Source of the DNA: Macrostomum hystrix
Taxonomy: Eukaryota > Animalia > Platyhelminthes
Direction of reading: 5' to 3'
Assembly: GCA_950097015.1 (NCBI GenBank)
Contig: CATNEN010000038.1
Span: 2,232,001-2,296,000 of the forward strand
DNA: 64,000 nucleotides
Positions 48,521 through 60,880 of this stretch are shown here, piece by piece (positions within the stretch are counted from its first letter, which is position 1; every line of letters starts with the position of its first letter). The notes below the pieces were generated by a model. The model did no database searches. It was not told where the DNA came from and saw nothing but the letters and a program-made list of their open reading frames with translations. Made by a program: the position numbers and the translations under genes.

Positions 48521-51500
48521 TTAGTTGCCGCCCTGCTGAGTCTTCTTCTTCAGGATGATGTTCCGCTTCCACTCGGGCATGCCGGCGAGCCGTTCCGCCT
48601 CCTCGGCCTCGCGCCTGCGCCGCTCCTCGATCGGCATGGCCTCCTCTCGGGCGCGCGCCTGCCGCTGGTCGATGAGCTGCCGCTTCCACTCCGGCACGGC
48701 GCGCTGCCACCGCTCCTGACGCTCCTCCTCCGCCCGGCTGGCCAGGTAGGCGTCCACGGCCTCCCGGTTCTTCCGCTCAATCAGGGCTCGCTTCCACTCA
48801 GGTGTGCCAACAGGTATGGCCGTGTAGCCAGGGACTGAGGCTAGCTCATCTTCCGTTAGTCCATGCTGCTGCTGCTGCTGGTCGATTGAGCTGTCGTCAG
48901 TTGGCATTTCAGGTGATGTTGCAGTTGGATGAGGCTGGTGATCCGATGCGGCTGCGGTGGGAACTAATAAGGTGCCCGAGTTGTCGAGTGCAGTAGAACT
49001 GTCTTCGAAATCTCGATTAATTTTCAGAATCGGTTTAAGCAGCAGACTGGGAGGCGGTGGTGGCAGTTCGTTAGGATCAAATAGATCACAGGAGACTGAC
49101 CCTGATTGGTTGACTCGGTCGGCTGACGGTGTCCTTGGCGCGTCGACTGGCTCTGAAATCGACCGATGGTCGATGATAAAGACGCTATGCTGACTTTCAA
49201 TTTTCATAACTACGAGTATTTGGCTTTCACTGAGAAGAGTGGTAGGTAGAATGGTTGACAGATAAAGTAGATACAGGTAGACAGAAAGGTTAGTAGACAC
49301 GTAGAATAATAATAATAATTGCAGGAGGGCTGTTGGCAATGGCACATCATTTAGTGACACTAGACCCGCAGCCAGCGAGGAGGCAATTCTGCGCATTTCG
49401 CTGACTCCTGAGCACACACGCACACAGATAATGTACACAGGCATACGCTCACACAGGTGTGTACATCTGCCCTGACTTTCTCATCGTCAGGCAATGTACA
49501 TTTCACTGTGCCTTGGAGGTTGGCCCTTAAGGGCGTAAATTGCACGACAAGCCCCCAAGCCTTCTCTCCGCGGCTGCACCCCAAATAAATGTGGCCTCGC
49601 CGTGGAATCGAACTTAGGGACCGTGGTGCGAGAGACAAACGCGATAACCGCTCTGCCACCGACCCCGCTACGTAGACACATAGAAGGTTAGATAGAATTG
49701 TAGACAGGGAGAATGGAAGACAATAGAATGGTAGAATGGTAGATATTACAGGTAGAATGACAGGCTGTTAGAATGGTGTTTACCCTTGGCCTTCCTAAGA
49801 GACACGCCCTGTTGTAGCTGAGCAATAAGCGCGGCTTGGCTGCCACCACAAGCGCTGCGACCGGTGTGGGACAGCGGATTGAGACTGCTGGAGTGCTGCT
49901 GCTGCTGCTGCTGCTGCCTGTGATTCCGACTAGCAGGGCTGAAGGTGTCGCCGGCTGTTATTATTGCTGGCTGGGCCTGGCAGTCAGAGTTTGACCGGGC
50001 AACTGGAAGGCCGAATCAACGATGAGATTGAGAGCGTGCGACCACAAAACAGTAACTGCTGTACAGGACAAGCAGTTGCTAGGCCAGCACACCACAGGAT
50101 GCAACGCCCACCACGCGCCTGACATTGAATAATTAATTAACTACCTCCCCATACACTTCCACATCAGACTGGAGAAGCTTCACCAGGTTAGGAAAGTCTT
50201 TTTGATTATCTTTAGTGACGGCTTGGATCTGAGCTCAGGAGACAGTAAAATCTTAGACCACAGCCTCTACACTTGTGCCTTAGTGCTGCCCGGGTATTGA
50301 TGCATAACAGTTGAATTGGGTACTGGAAACTAGCTAGAGACAAATACTGCGAAGAATGTTTTATTTCAAATTTCAATGTTCGAACTTACTTTTCTTGGTT
50401 GAACTACTCGATGTCGCCTTGGCCACGCCAGACAGAAGACTCTGTTTGAGCATCTGCAGCTGCGACACCACGGAGGCTGCGGCTGACGTCTGCGGTTTCT
50501 GTTGTTGCTGCTGCTGCTGCCAGAAGAAATCACCTTCAGGGGCGAACTGATAGGGAACTGCGTACGTCTGATCCTCGTCCTCTTCATGGTCGATGCTGTT
50601 CACTGACCGTTGCTGCTGCTGCTGCGGAAATTGAGGAGGAGGTGTTGGTACCGGCGGCGGCGGCGGCGTGGGTGGAAGCGGCAGTGGTCGATGCTCGGGC
50701 TTCGATTGAGATTGAAGCTGAGATTGCTTCCGCTGCGGAACAGGTGGAAGAATCAACTGACGCGGCGGCAGCTGCTGCTGCTGCTGCTGCTGCATAGGTT
50801 GGATTATTGTCTGCGGCTGGTTTTGATAAGAGATAGGAACAGGAATTTGCTGCAGGATGAGCTGCTGCTGATGTTGATTGTTCTGGTTTGGTGCTGGCTG
50901 AAGGACAAGCTGCTGCTGCTGCTGGTGCTGGTGCTGCTGCTGCTGTTGCTGCTGCTGCTGCGAAGGTTGCATCTGCTGCTTTGTGCTTGGCTTCTTGGCG
51001 CGTGAGAGCACGTCTTGCTTGTTGAAGAGGTTCAAAATCTCTGACACCGACGGCACAGCAGTCTCAATATCTGAGTCTACGTCGTCAAAATACATAGGTG
51101 GTGGCGGCAGCGGATTGACTTCCGTGTCAGAGTTCTTACCCGTCAGCCGTGTCGATGCGGCTCTTCGAGGGATGCTGGGAGGCGAAGGTCGAGCCGGTGA
51201 CGAAGAGAGAGCAATCGGGCTTTCCGTGGCACCCCGTCTGAGAAAGCTGCTGCAGATCTGCTGCTGCTGCTCTTGAGCCTGTTGCTGTGACAGTAGTATA
51301 GTTGTGGTAGTGGATACTCTAGAAGCCTGGTTTATAATGGTGTCTGTCTGCCAGGCTCTAAACCAAACCTACCTTTGAGCTGGGCTGCAGCTGTGGTTGC
51401 TGCTGCAGTGGCGTCTGTTTCTGACCAGAGAAGGCATCAGCAGCTGGTAGCGGCAGACAGTTTACTGGTCGCAGAGTGGCGTGAGGCGCCTTCACGGCAG

Positions 51501-52117
51501 CTGCCAGCCGGCTGCGGCTCAGAGCAGAGTCGAAACTGGACGACTGAGGTGACTGAGAGAGAGCATCTGAGAATTTCGGGCATATTATTGGTACGTTAGT
51601 GTTAGAGTTAACGTAATTAAATCTGATATTAAATATATTACATTTTACATGAACATATGCAAGAACAAGTCGGCAGTGAGCTGAATGTCAACCATGCAGC
51701 TAAATGGTTTCTCTCTGGATTAACCAGAGAAAAAAGTTCTCACTGGATCAAACTTTGCAATGTTTAGTTATAAATACTCGTATGTCCATGAAAAATGAAC
51801 AGGAAGAAAAATGCTGTAAATAGGACCATCTATTGCATCTTACTGCCAACATAAATTCTTACTGCCTACTTCAAGTAGGCCATTCAGCGCAACGCCATCT
51901 CCATTAAGCCACGGATTAATGATTTCATAGCGACCTCTCACCATAGATGGAGCCAGTCAGATCGGTTGAATTCCCGGCAAGTTTAGCTGACATCATTCTG
52001 ACGGCGTTAGGCCGCTGTCCGTTGGATGCCGGCGTTGGCGATGGTAATGAGAGCAGGCTCTCGTGGCTCCGTAGGACGGCGTCGAGCTCGCTGAGAGAGC
52101 GCAATGCTTCCTCGCTG
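48521..52117 (-). CDS. Espin/forked-like actin-bundling-module protein, Pro/Gln-rich, multi-exon (5' end unresolved)
   Basis: The last exon (49152-48521) encodes TPEWKRALIERK..VPEWKRQLI..RRRREAEEAERLAGMPEWKRNIILKKK, resembling espin [28 protein letters not shown]. Upstream exons ~52117-51940, 51570-51372, 51290-50390 and 50000-49790. Confidence 0.7.
49306..49671 (-). mobile_element. Family A SINE, full-length with TSD
   Basis: Full homology; 13-bp TSD GTAGACAC(G/A)TAGA at 49293-49305 and 49672-49684. Confidence 0.92.
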
Positions 52118-54084
52118 CAGATGGTTGAACATTTTAGTAATAAATAAAGTTTATACCTTCCCAGTTGACACAATATTTAGGAGGTATTGTGCCAACTTTT
52201 TTGAATTTAGTCCTTGCCTACGACACCCACACGACTTTCCTCCCAGCTACGCCCTGAGAAACTCCAGAGATCTGATGGACCGTGTCGGTGTCCGGGCCCC
52301 ACAGCGATACTGCGTCGGTGCCGTCAGAGACTGCCACTGTCTGCTGAGGCACAGCCGCGGCGAGCGGAAGCCGATGGCGCTGGTTCTCCAGCACCAGCTC
52401 CGTTTGGAGTCGGCTTATATCATGAGCAAATCATCGTTGTACGCAGTCTTACTCTAATTGGTCCAGTGTGTTCGTCTGCAGCTGCTGCCGATTCAGTTCC
52501 CCAGACAGATTCGCTGACGAATAAAAAGCACTTTGAATTCTTAAAGCAAACGCCATTTTCTTTTTTTCTCCTTTGTCGTGTGTGTAATCTTTGTGTACCT
52601 AATAGTATAGAAAGACTTCAACAGTCAGGAAAATACCGCAGACTTCTCCATGAAGAAGAGATTTGGCTCAGCAACATATGGGAATGTCCTCGTATTTTAA
52701 AGGGCCACTGAAGACGCCCACTTTTTCTGATTGGACGGGAATCAGTCGAGAAAATTTCTTTTGTCTGCCTGGATTTCACAACTAAACCTTTGACAACTCG
52801 GATAAATAAATGGCTGTTTTGACTCCTCGCAACTTTTTAGGAACCGGTCCTACGTTTCATTTCTCTGAAGAATTAAAGAGAGAAACTATGTGCTGATATT
52901 TCCCACGAAATGAAAGTTCATGTACAGTAAGTAGAAAGACCATGTTATGTCCCCCTGGGGAAGCACCACTACGCGAAAGCTCCCAAACCGAATGAACAAT
53001 GTTCGTGAAAGTTTACCATGTGGATCCAAATTTGACACCCTTTACGATGGAAACTACGTAACTACATTTTCTTCCTCCAAGAAGAAGTCATTTTTCCGTC
53101 TCCGTCCTTTCTGCAGAGTGTGGAAAGCGAATGTCCAGTCAGTGACTCACCGTAATCCCCAGATTATTCCAGATCCCCTCAGGGACTGCAGTGGGGACAG
53201 TCATTGTTTACTAAAGTTTACAGCACAGTCAGAGATCGCACACTCAGATGGTCTGGCGTGTTGCGTCACTTCCCGTGTGTACACTGGGAAGACGTGGGTG
53301 CGTCCCCGACTTTTTGAATTTGTCGTTGCGTGTTCAAAAACACTCACAAATTTATTTTCTCTTAGGATCACTTTTTGCAATTATTTCGTGAGGTCTTCTG
53401 TTTTTTCCTAAGATTCTCTTGCTGTGACTCTTTTTAAAAGTCTCTTTTTCTTAATCCCTCTTTCTCACACTCTTTCTCACACACTCCTTGTCACATTCTT
53501 TCTGTCACTCTTTCTCTCAACTCTTTCTCTCATCTTTCTCACACCCTTTTCTCCTATTCTGTTTATCAGTCTCTCATACTCCCTGACACACTATTTTTTT
53601 GAGTATTTCAATTCTACAAATAACAATTTGCTGCACATTGAAGCTAACTTTTCACTTCTGAAAGCTAGCATCTATCTGTATTGCTTATCACATCCTTCTA
53701 GAAGTGCTTTTCAAAAGCCAATGAAGTTCGCTATGGAAATGAGTGAAACAAGTCACACAGGCAAGCAACTATACTAGAGGCAAACAGCTGGTCTTACAGA
53801 AACAGATAAGTGCCAGTTCTGTTTCTGCACTGCTTTAAGCGCCTGATAAGGACTAAACCAGTGGCTACAGAAATTTCCCCAATCCTGCTTTCCGCTAACG
53901 AAACGATGGTGACGCGACTGTTTGCACTGAGTGTGTACCCTTTTTGCCACATCGCCCCATCTGAAACTCGTTTTTAGTCTCTCTTCTTTACCACCGTAAC
54001 CAAGAAAATATAAACAAATCTGAATCCACACTGACCTCATTCAAACTCAATGCTTTTACAGTAATGTGTCTTCATATACTTCAG

Positions 54085-54382
54085 AATCTACTTCGCACTC
54101 CCTATCTACTTCCCACTCCATATCTACTTCCCACACCCCATCTACTTTCCACTCCCAATCTACTTCCCCACTCCCTATCTACTTCCCACACCCAATCTAC
54201 TTCCCACTCCCTATCTATTTCCCACTCCCTATCTACTTCGCACTCCCTATCTACTTCGCACTCCCTATCTACTTCCCACACCCCATTTACTTCCCACTCC
54301 CTATCTACTTCCCACTCCCTATCTACTTCCCCACTCCCTATCTACTTCCCACACCCAATATACTTCCCCACTCCCTATCTAT
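54085..54382. repeat. 18-bp C-rich minisatellite (CCCTATCTACTTCCCACT)n
   Basis: Direct reading. Confidence 0.95.
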
Positions 54383-54509
54383 ATTTAGGATCTTAATAAA
54401 ATTTTATTTTTTTTTAATTCGAAGAACTCTACTGAAAGTAGAAACTAAGGAAAAATGTAAGCGTGAAAAAGACAGAAAATTTCCTTTTAAAATACGCCAA
54501 ATTAGGCGG

Positions 54510-55290
54510 TTGCTGGGTTTCGGGTGCTGGGTTTGGGTTGCTGGGTTTGGGGTGCTGGGTATGGGGTGCTGGGTATGGGGTGCTGGGTATGGGGTGCTGG
54601 GTATGGGGTGCTGGGTATGGGGTGATCGTTTTAGGGTGATGGGTTTGGGGTGCTGGGTATGGGGTGCTGGGTATGGGGTGCTGGGTATGGGGTGCTGTGT
54701 ATGGGGTGATGGGTTTGGGGTGCTGGGTATAGGGTGCTGGGTTTGGGGTGCTGGGTTTGGGGTGCTGGGTTTGGGGTGATGGGTTTGGGGTGCTGGGTAT
54801 GGGGTGATGGGTTTGGGGTGATGGGCTTGGGGTGCTGGGTTTGGGGTGCTGGGTATGGGGTGATGGGTTTGGGGTGAAGGGTTTGGGGTGATGGGTTTAG
54901 GGTGAAGGGTTTGGGGTGATGGGTTTGGGGTGAAGGGTTTGGGGTGCTGGGTATGGGGTGAAGGGTTTGGGGTGAAGGGTTTGGGGTGAAGGGTTTGGGG
55001 TGCTGGGTATGGGGTGATGGGTTTGGGGTGAAGGGTTTGGGGTGATGGGTTTAGGGTGAAGGGTTTGGGGTGCTGGGTATGGGGTGAAGGGTTTGGGGTG
55101 ATGGGTTTGGGGTGCTGGGTTTGGGGTGCTGGGTTTGGGGTGCTGGGTTTGGGGTGCTGGGTATGGGGTGATGGGTATGGGGTGATGGGTATGGGGTGAT
55201 GGGTATGGGGTGCTGGGTATGGGGTGATGGGTATGGGGTGAAGGGTTTGGGGTGAAGGGTTTGGGGTGATGGGTTTGGTGTGCTGTTTTA
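54510..55290. repeat. 14-bp G-rich minisatellite (GGGGTGMWGGGTWT)n
   Basis: About 55 units. Confidence 0.97.
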
Positions 55291-56090
55291 AGGTGCTTAA
55301 AATTTGAAGGCTTTTAAGAGTTACTGATTCTGCATTGACTTTTTATAGCAGTGAATCCGTTTAAACCTTCTCCTTTTACCATAGTTCACGATAATTTTCA
55401 TTTCTTTAAGTTACTACTGTATGCAATTACTCATCATAGCTAGTTAACTTCAATGCGATAAGAATCGAATATACTTGTATATGCAAATTCATGTACTTTC
55501 AGAGCCCTGACAGCAATGGCAACGCTGACAGAGTTGATCGCCAGTTGCGGAAGTGCTCAATTTAAATCGACTCTAAAAGCTCGCGAATAAAGGGATCAGG
55601 AGGTCAAATCTACCGGGAAAAGGGAATCAGAGCTTTAGGAAGGCCGTGCGAGCTAAGAGACACACGGGCTCTGTAAGACAGACAGCTACTGCCGCAATAT
55701 CCTATAATTGGGTCAGCCAGTCAGTCAGGCAAATCGCTTTGCTAACAGAAAATTGATACCAAAAATGAACCTGGCCGAATGCTGCTGGTGCAATTTCACC
55801 AGATTGCTTGTAGGTCTGTAGACCTTGCCTATACTGCTTGCAGACTGAATGCAACCTGCAGGCATTGCTTAGTGTACATGTGGATACAACCCACAGGTAG
55901 AAATCCCTCACCCAGACAACTGGGATAAAAACAAAGCCAGACAGGACGGAGCTAGATTATCCTTTTAGTTAATGTTTCATAGTTTCTTCCCATTTCGCGT
56001 AACTCGCATTAGTGCAGTTATCAGTTTGCACTTTCGTCTGACTGAAGCTAGCTTATAAATTGAGAGCTGCAAAATTGATCTGATGAATAA

Positions 56091-56480
56091 TGGGAGAGAA
56101 GGGGAGAGAAGGGGAGAGAAGGGGAGAGAAGGGGAGAGAAGGGTAGAGAAGGGGATAGAAGGGTAGAGAAGGGGAGAGAAGGGTAGAGAAGGGGAGAGAA
56201 TGGGAGAGAAGGGGAGAGAAGGGGAGAGAAGGGGAGAGAAGGGTAGAGAAGGGGAGAGAAGGGGAGAGAAGGGTAGAGAAGGGGAGAGAAGGGGAGAGAA
56301 GGGGAGAGAAGGGGAGAGAAGGGGAGAGAAGGGGAGAGAAGGGGAGAGAAGGGTAGAGAAGGGGAGAGAATGGGAGAGAAGGGGATAGAAGGGGAGAGAA
56401 GGGGAGAGAAGGGGAGAGAAGGGGAGAGAAGGGGAGAGAATGGGAGAGAAGGGTAGAGAAGGGGAGAGAAGGGGAGAGGT
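56091..56480. repeat. 10-bp purine minisatellite (GGGGAGAGAA)n
   Basis: Direct reading. Confidence 0.98.
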
Positions 56481-57452
56481 GGAAAGATGGAAGAGATGGA
56501 AGGAGAGATAAGAGAGAAGGGATTAGGGAAGAAAAAAAGAAACAGGTTAATAGAAGGAGGAGAGAAGTAGCGAAGGAAGGTGGGAAGTGTAGGGTAATAC
56601 TTTTCGGAGTTCAATGGGAGAAACAAGAAAAATGTAATAGGCCTAACATTTAGCAATGATCTCACCTGGATCGCAATCAGCTGAAAATGTGAGTCGATTC
56701 ACAAGACCAATTTAAACAGGCGCTAACGTATTGCTCTGCGACTGTTCTCAAGCCTGAGCAGAGCCAAGTTAACAGTTACGCAACTAGTCTTATCTCTCCC
56801 CTTCTCTGCCTGTCTGTCTGTCTATTCAGCAGAACTGACTGTAAAGCCAAGAATGATTGCGCACGCTAGCCGGTATTTCATTTTCCTATATCCATGAATT
56901 CTAACCCTCCAGCCACTCCCCAACCTCCCAAAACACGAAGCATTTGCGCGGGAGCAATGGGGAAAAGTGAACGTACACTTCGGAAACCACCCCAATGGCT
57001 GATCACGCAGACTGAACAGCTGGTTGGGGGACCTCAGGGGTGGCTGGCGAACGGGCGAGATGAGTCACTGGAGAGGGGACAGTTAGAGGATATCTTCTAG
57101 GATACGAACAATCAGGATTTCATTTGCAGGGAATGAGTTAGTATTTGAAAACGAAAGAAAACGAGTGAAATTAATATTTGAAGTTAATAGAAGATAACAA
57201 ATTTATTTAAATGGCAGATTTTCTCAAGATTTTCAAGACGAATTCTAGTAGAACGTATATTTATATAAATATTTGGATTCAAAGGGTGAATAAAGAAGAG
57301 ATCAAAACTCACAATTGACTACTTTTAGACATCATGACTGCATTTTAGACTACGATAATAGCCTTCAATACAAGAAAATTTTTTTTGAATTATTAAATTT
57401 TTTTAAAAGGTTCCAATTAACTTTTTCATTGCTTCTCTTGAGGGTATTTTTA

Positions 57453-57645
57453 GGGATGTCAGATGACCCTCGAAGAATCGTTGGGGGTCAGGAGGGATGT
57501 CAGATGACCCCCGAAGAATCTTTGGGGGTCAGGAGGGATGTCAGATGACCCCCGAAGAATCGTTGGGAGTCGGAAGGGATGTCCAATGACTCCAGAAGAA
57601 GAATCGTAGGGTCAGGAGGGATGTCAGATGACCCCTGAAGAATCA
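57453..57645. repeat. 41-bp hairpin-forming tandem repeat, ~4.5 copies
   Basis: gggatgtcagaTGACCCCCgaagaatcgttGGGGGTCAgga. Confidence 0.9.
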
Positions 57646-57709
57646 TGGAGGCTCGGGGTGGCAGGGTCATCCGGTTCATCAGAGGGTTGATCAAGTCCTG
57701 GCAGAGTCC

Positions 57710-59176
57710 TCAGTACGCGGGCAGCAGCAGCCACCGCAGGGGGTCGGCGCACTCGCAGAGTGCTAGCAGCTTTTCGGTCGCGCCCCAGTCAGCCAAGCCG
57801 TTGCTTTTGAGTCTGGCCGCGAAGCCGGAGTTGTTTGGCTCATCGGGAATCCACAGAGTCCTGCTCACCTGCGGCGTTGCGGCGGCTGGGTCTGCTTGCC
57901 GAAATCCCAAACAGACCAAAAATCCTAAACTGACTAGAATCCCGAAACTGACAAGAATCCCGAAACTGACAAGAATCCCGAAACTGACTAGAATCCCGAA
58001 ACTGATTAAAATCCCGAAACTGATTAAAATCCCCAAACTGACTACAATCCCCAAACTGATTAAAATCCCCAAACTGACTACAATCCCCAAACTGACTAGA
58101 ATCCCCAAACTGATTAAAATCCCCAAACTGACTAGAATCCCCAAACTGACTAGAATCCTGAAACAGGAGGCAAATCCGAAACTGACTAAAACTTCGAATG
58201 ACTAATTTGAGTTGCCAAACGCATATCTGATGCGCCAAACTTGACTTAGGACTATCAACATCCCTCCTGTTCACCTGGGAGCCATCAACATCCCTCCTGT
58301 TCACCTGGGAGCCATCAACATCCCTCCTGTTCACCTGGGAGCCGCACGTGGCCCAAGACCACCCTTCGTCCGGCTGCGCAGCACCGGGCGCCCGCATGGC
58401 AGCCACCCACAATTCCTCACTGGCTGCCGGCTGAGCCCCACTGCTGGCTGGGTTGACCAGCCTGCCAACTGAGCGCAGGGCGTTAGCGAAAGTCTCCGCG
58501 GGATTCGAACCACGGATCTCGGCCAGCATAGTCGGACCACCGATAGTCAGGGAGGAACAGGCGGCCAGCTGGTCTTCGAACCCGGCAGCACTGTCCGTCA
58601 GCTTGTAAACCCGGGCGTTGTCCGTCTGGTTGGCCGGAGGGCCGTTGAAGGGGTTCAAAAGCAACCGGAAGCCGCGCTCCGAGCAGGGGCTGCGCCGGAG
58701 GAACACGCGAACGATCGGAGCCGCCTGGCACTGACCGGCTGGCTGCAGCCACGGCGGCGAACTGCAGGCATTGAAATGCAGCAGGCGGCAGGCGGGTGGG
58801 TCTGCGTCCGCGATGAAGCCCTGAGGCGGAAGAATACCTTCAGGGTTAGTACCGAATCTCAATCTGAAGCCCAATCTGAAGCCCAAACTGAAGCCCAATC
58901 TGAAGCCCAATCTGAAGCCCGATCTGAAGCCCAATCTGAAGCCTGGACCAATACCTGGCACGCGGGTCTAGAGGTGCAGGCCAGTGTGCAGAAGAGCAGC
59001 TGCTGCTGAGCATTGCGAGGCCCCAGCAGTCGGACCTGATGATCAGCAGCCAGGCAGTCTCGCATTTGGCGAGCAGAAAAACTGTCTCGATTTGTCCCGT
59101 CGCAGGTCTCAGTTGCCTTGACAACCGCCACCAGAAGCAGACTACAGGCAATTTGTAGAATCAGCCGATGGAACAT
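57710..59176 (-). CDS. Secreted PAN/apple-like + C-type lectin-like domain protein, 3 exons
   Basis: Signal peptide MFHRLILQIACSLLLVAVVKA; CTLACTSRPACQ|GF...C.L (PAN-like); LWVAAM..WSW..W..DEPNN..ADW..LCEC (CTLD-like, EPN). Exons 59176-58955, 58820-58335 and 57868-57710 splice in phase 0. Confidence 0.72.
57900..58195. repeat. 18-bp intronic minisatellite (AATCCCSAAACTGACTAG)n
   Basis: Direct reading. Confidence 0.95.
58254..58343. repeat. 30-bp tandem repeat duplicating a splice donor
   Basis: atcaacatccctcctgttcacctgggagcc x3. Confidence 0.95.
58855..58945. repeat. 12-bp intronic repeat (AATCTGAAGCCC)n
   Basis: Direct reading. Confidence 0.93.
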
Positions 59177-59404
59177 TGCGATGAAATTCGCTCAATTTAT
59201 TGATCTGCTAATTCGCTTGCTTATAGGTAACAGCCTGATGTGAACTTAATCCGCCTGTTTATAAACAGTTTATGAAGCCGCACAGATGATAAACCCCGTC
59301 TAACTGGCTGCGATTGGCCTATTGAAAAATGAGAATGCAAAACCTCTAATTGTGGAGTAGAAGCAACAAAATAGATGGAGCGAAAAATAGCGCATCAATT
59401 TGAG

Positions 59405-59500
59405 AGAGTAGACCCGCAGCCAGCGAGTATGCAGGCACACACTCACAGAGGGTGTACATTAGAAGGCCACCAAAGCCTTCTCTCCGCACCTGCGCTTAAA
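59405..59500 (-). mobile_element. Family A SINE, internally deleted relic
   Basis: tagacccgcagccagcgag...caggca..ctcacaga..gtgtacat...gccttctctccgc. Confidence 0.65.
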
Positions 59501-59529
59501 ACTATAATGCAACCCTAGCCGATGATGAA

Positions 59530-59700
59530 GGACAGTGTGAGAGGGAGAGTGTGAGAAGGACAGTGTGAGAGGGAGAGTAATAGGGACAGTGTGAGAGGGA
59601 GAGTGTGAGAGGGAGAGTGTGAGAGGGACAGTGTGAGAGGGAGAGTGTGAGAGGGAGAGTGTGAGAGGGACAGTGTGAGAGGGAGAGTGTGAGAGGGATA
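59530..59700. repeat. 14-bp repeat (GTGTGAGAGGGASA)n
   Basis: Shares the GTGAGAGGG core with 1-2490. Confidence 0.93.
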
Positions 59701-60319
59701 TTCAGCAATTCTTGTCGAAGACCTTGCTGACAAGGACAACTAACATTGCTTTGTATAAAATTCTTTGGCAAATCCATATTGGTTAAAAAAGGAAAAAATT
59801 ACTTAAATATTATCTATTTATCTTAAATAGTCAACAATGATAGTAAATACGGTATTTTTACATAATGGCATTTTGTGAGCAGAAAAACGATGCCTATAAT
59901 GGTAGTTTTAAAAACCAGCCTTACAGATCGTTGAATCGGAGCCAGAGAAGTCTCAACCTAGACGCAATCAACTACCCCGCAAAAGCAGCCAGCCTTGTCA
60001 AAGAAAAAGAAAAAAGTAAAAAAACAAAAAAAAAAATTAAACAGAGCCGGCGTGTTTGGATCGCTCAGGTTTTGCTGATTGCAAAACAGCAAGCAGTAAT
60101 ATTGGCGATTAGCCATCTTGCAATTTTTTAGCCATGAATCTGTCACTTTATGATAGTTAAGCGCGCTGACAGCACCAGAAAGAGACAGATCTCCATTTGC
60201 GGTCAAATCAAAAATTCAACCCGTTTGCGACGCTCAAATTGCTCAACATTAACTATTTACAGTAAAAAAAGTAATTATCTATAAAGCGCACAAATGTTTT
60301 TACAATTCTCCTAAATCGC

Positions 60320-60880
60320 TGTCACTCTCAACCCTCAAACAGACAACCACCTCACCCCCTACCACTCTAAATCTTCAAACGGGCAGCCACTTCACTCACT
60401 GCCACTCTGAACCCTCAAACCGACAGCCACCTCACTCCTTGACACTCTGAACCCTCAAACCGGCAGCCACCTCACTCCCTGCCACTCTCAAACCTCAAAG
60501 CGGCAGCCACCTCACTCCCTGCCACTCTGAACCCTCAAACCGGCAGCCACCTCACTCCTTGACACTCTGAACCCTCAAACCGGCAGCCACCTCACTCCCT
60601 GCCACTCTCAAACCTCAAACCGGCAGCCACCTCACTCCCTGCCACTCTGAACCCTCAAACCGGCAGCCACCTCACTCCTTGACACTCTGAACCCTCAAAC
60701 CGGCAGCCACCTCACTCCCTGCCACTCTCAAACCTCAAAGCGGCAGCCACCTCACTCCCTGCCACTCTGAACCCTCAAACCGGCAGCCACCTCACTCCTT
60801 GACACTCTGAACCCTCAAACCGGCAGCCACCTCACTCCCTGCCACTCTCAAACCTCAAACCGGCAGCCACCTCCCTCCGC
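60320..60880. repeat. 40-bp minisatellite with 120/240-bp higher-order structure
   Basis: cggcagccacctcactccctgccactctgaaccctcaaac variants in fixed order. Confidence 0.95.

Noticed and set aside
52104-52711. ORFs or extra exons at 52.1-52.7 kb
   Set aside because: GC-rich, but no consistent frame, strand or motif could be established.
53262-53295. Hairpin CGTC-ACTTCC..GGAAGACG as a pre-miRNA
   Set aside because: Stem is short and no known mature miRNA was recognised.
54510-55290. Telomeric repeat
   Set aside because: The unit is 14 bp; TTAGGG occurs only sporadically.
58821-58954. AG|GTATT repeat at both ends of the first PAN/CTL intron
   Set aside because: The acceptor at that repeat is out of frame; the in-frame acceptor is CTCAG|GGC at 58820.
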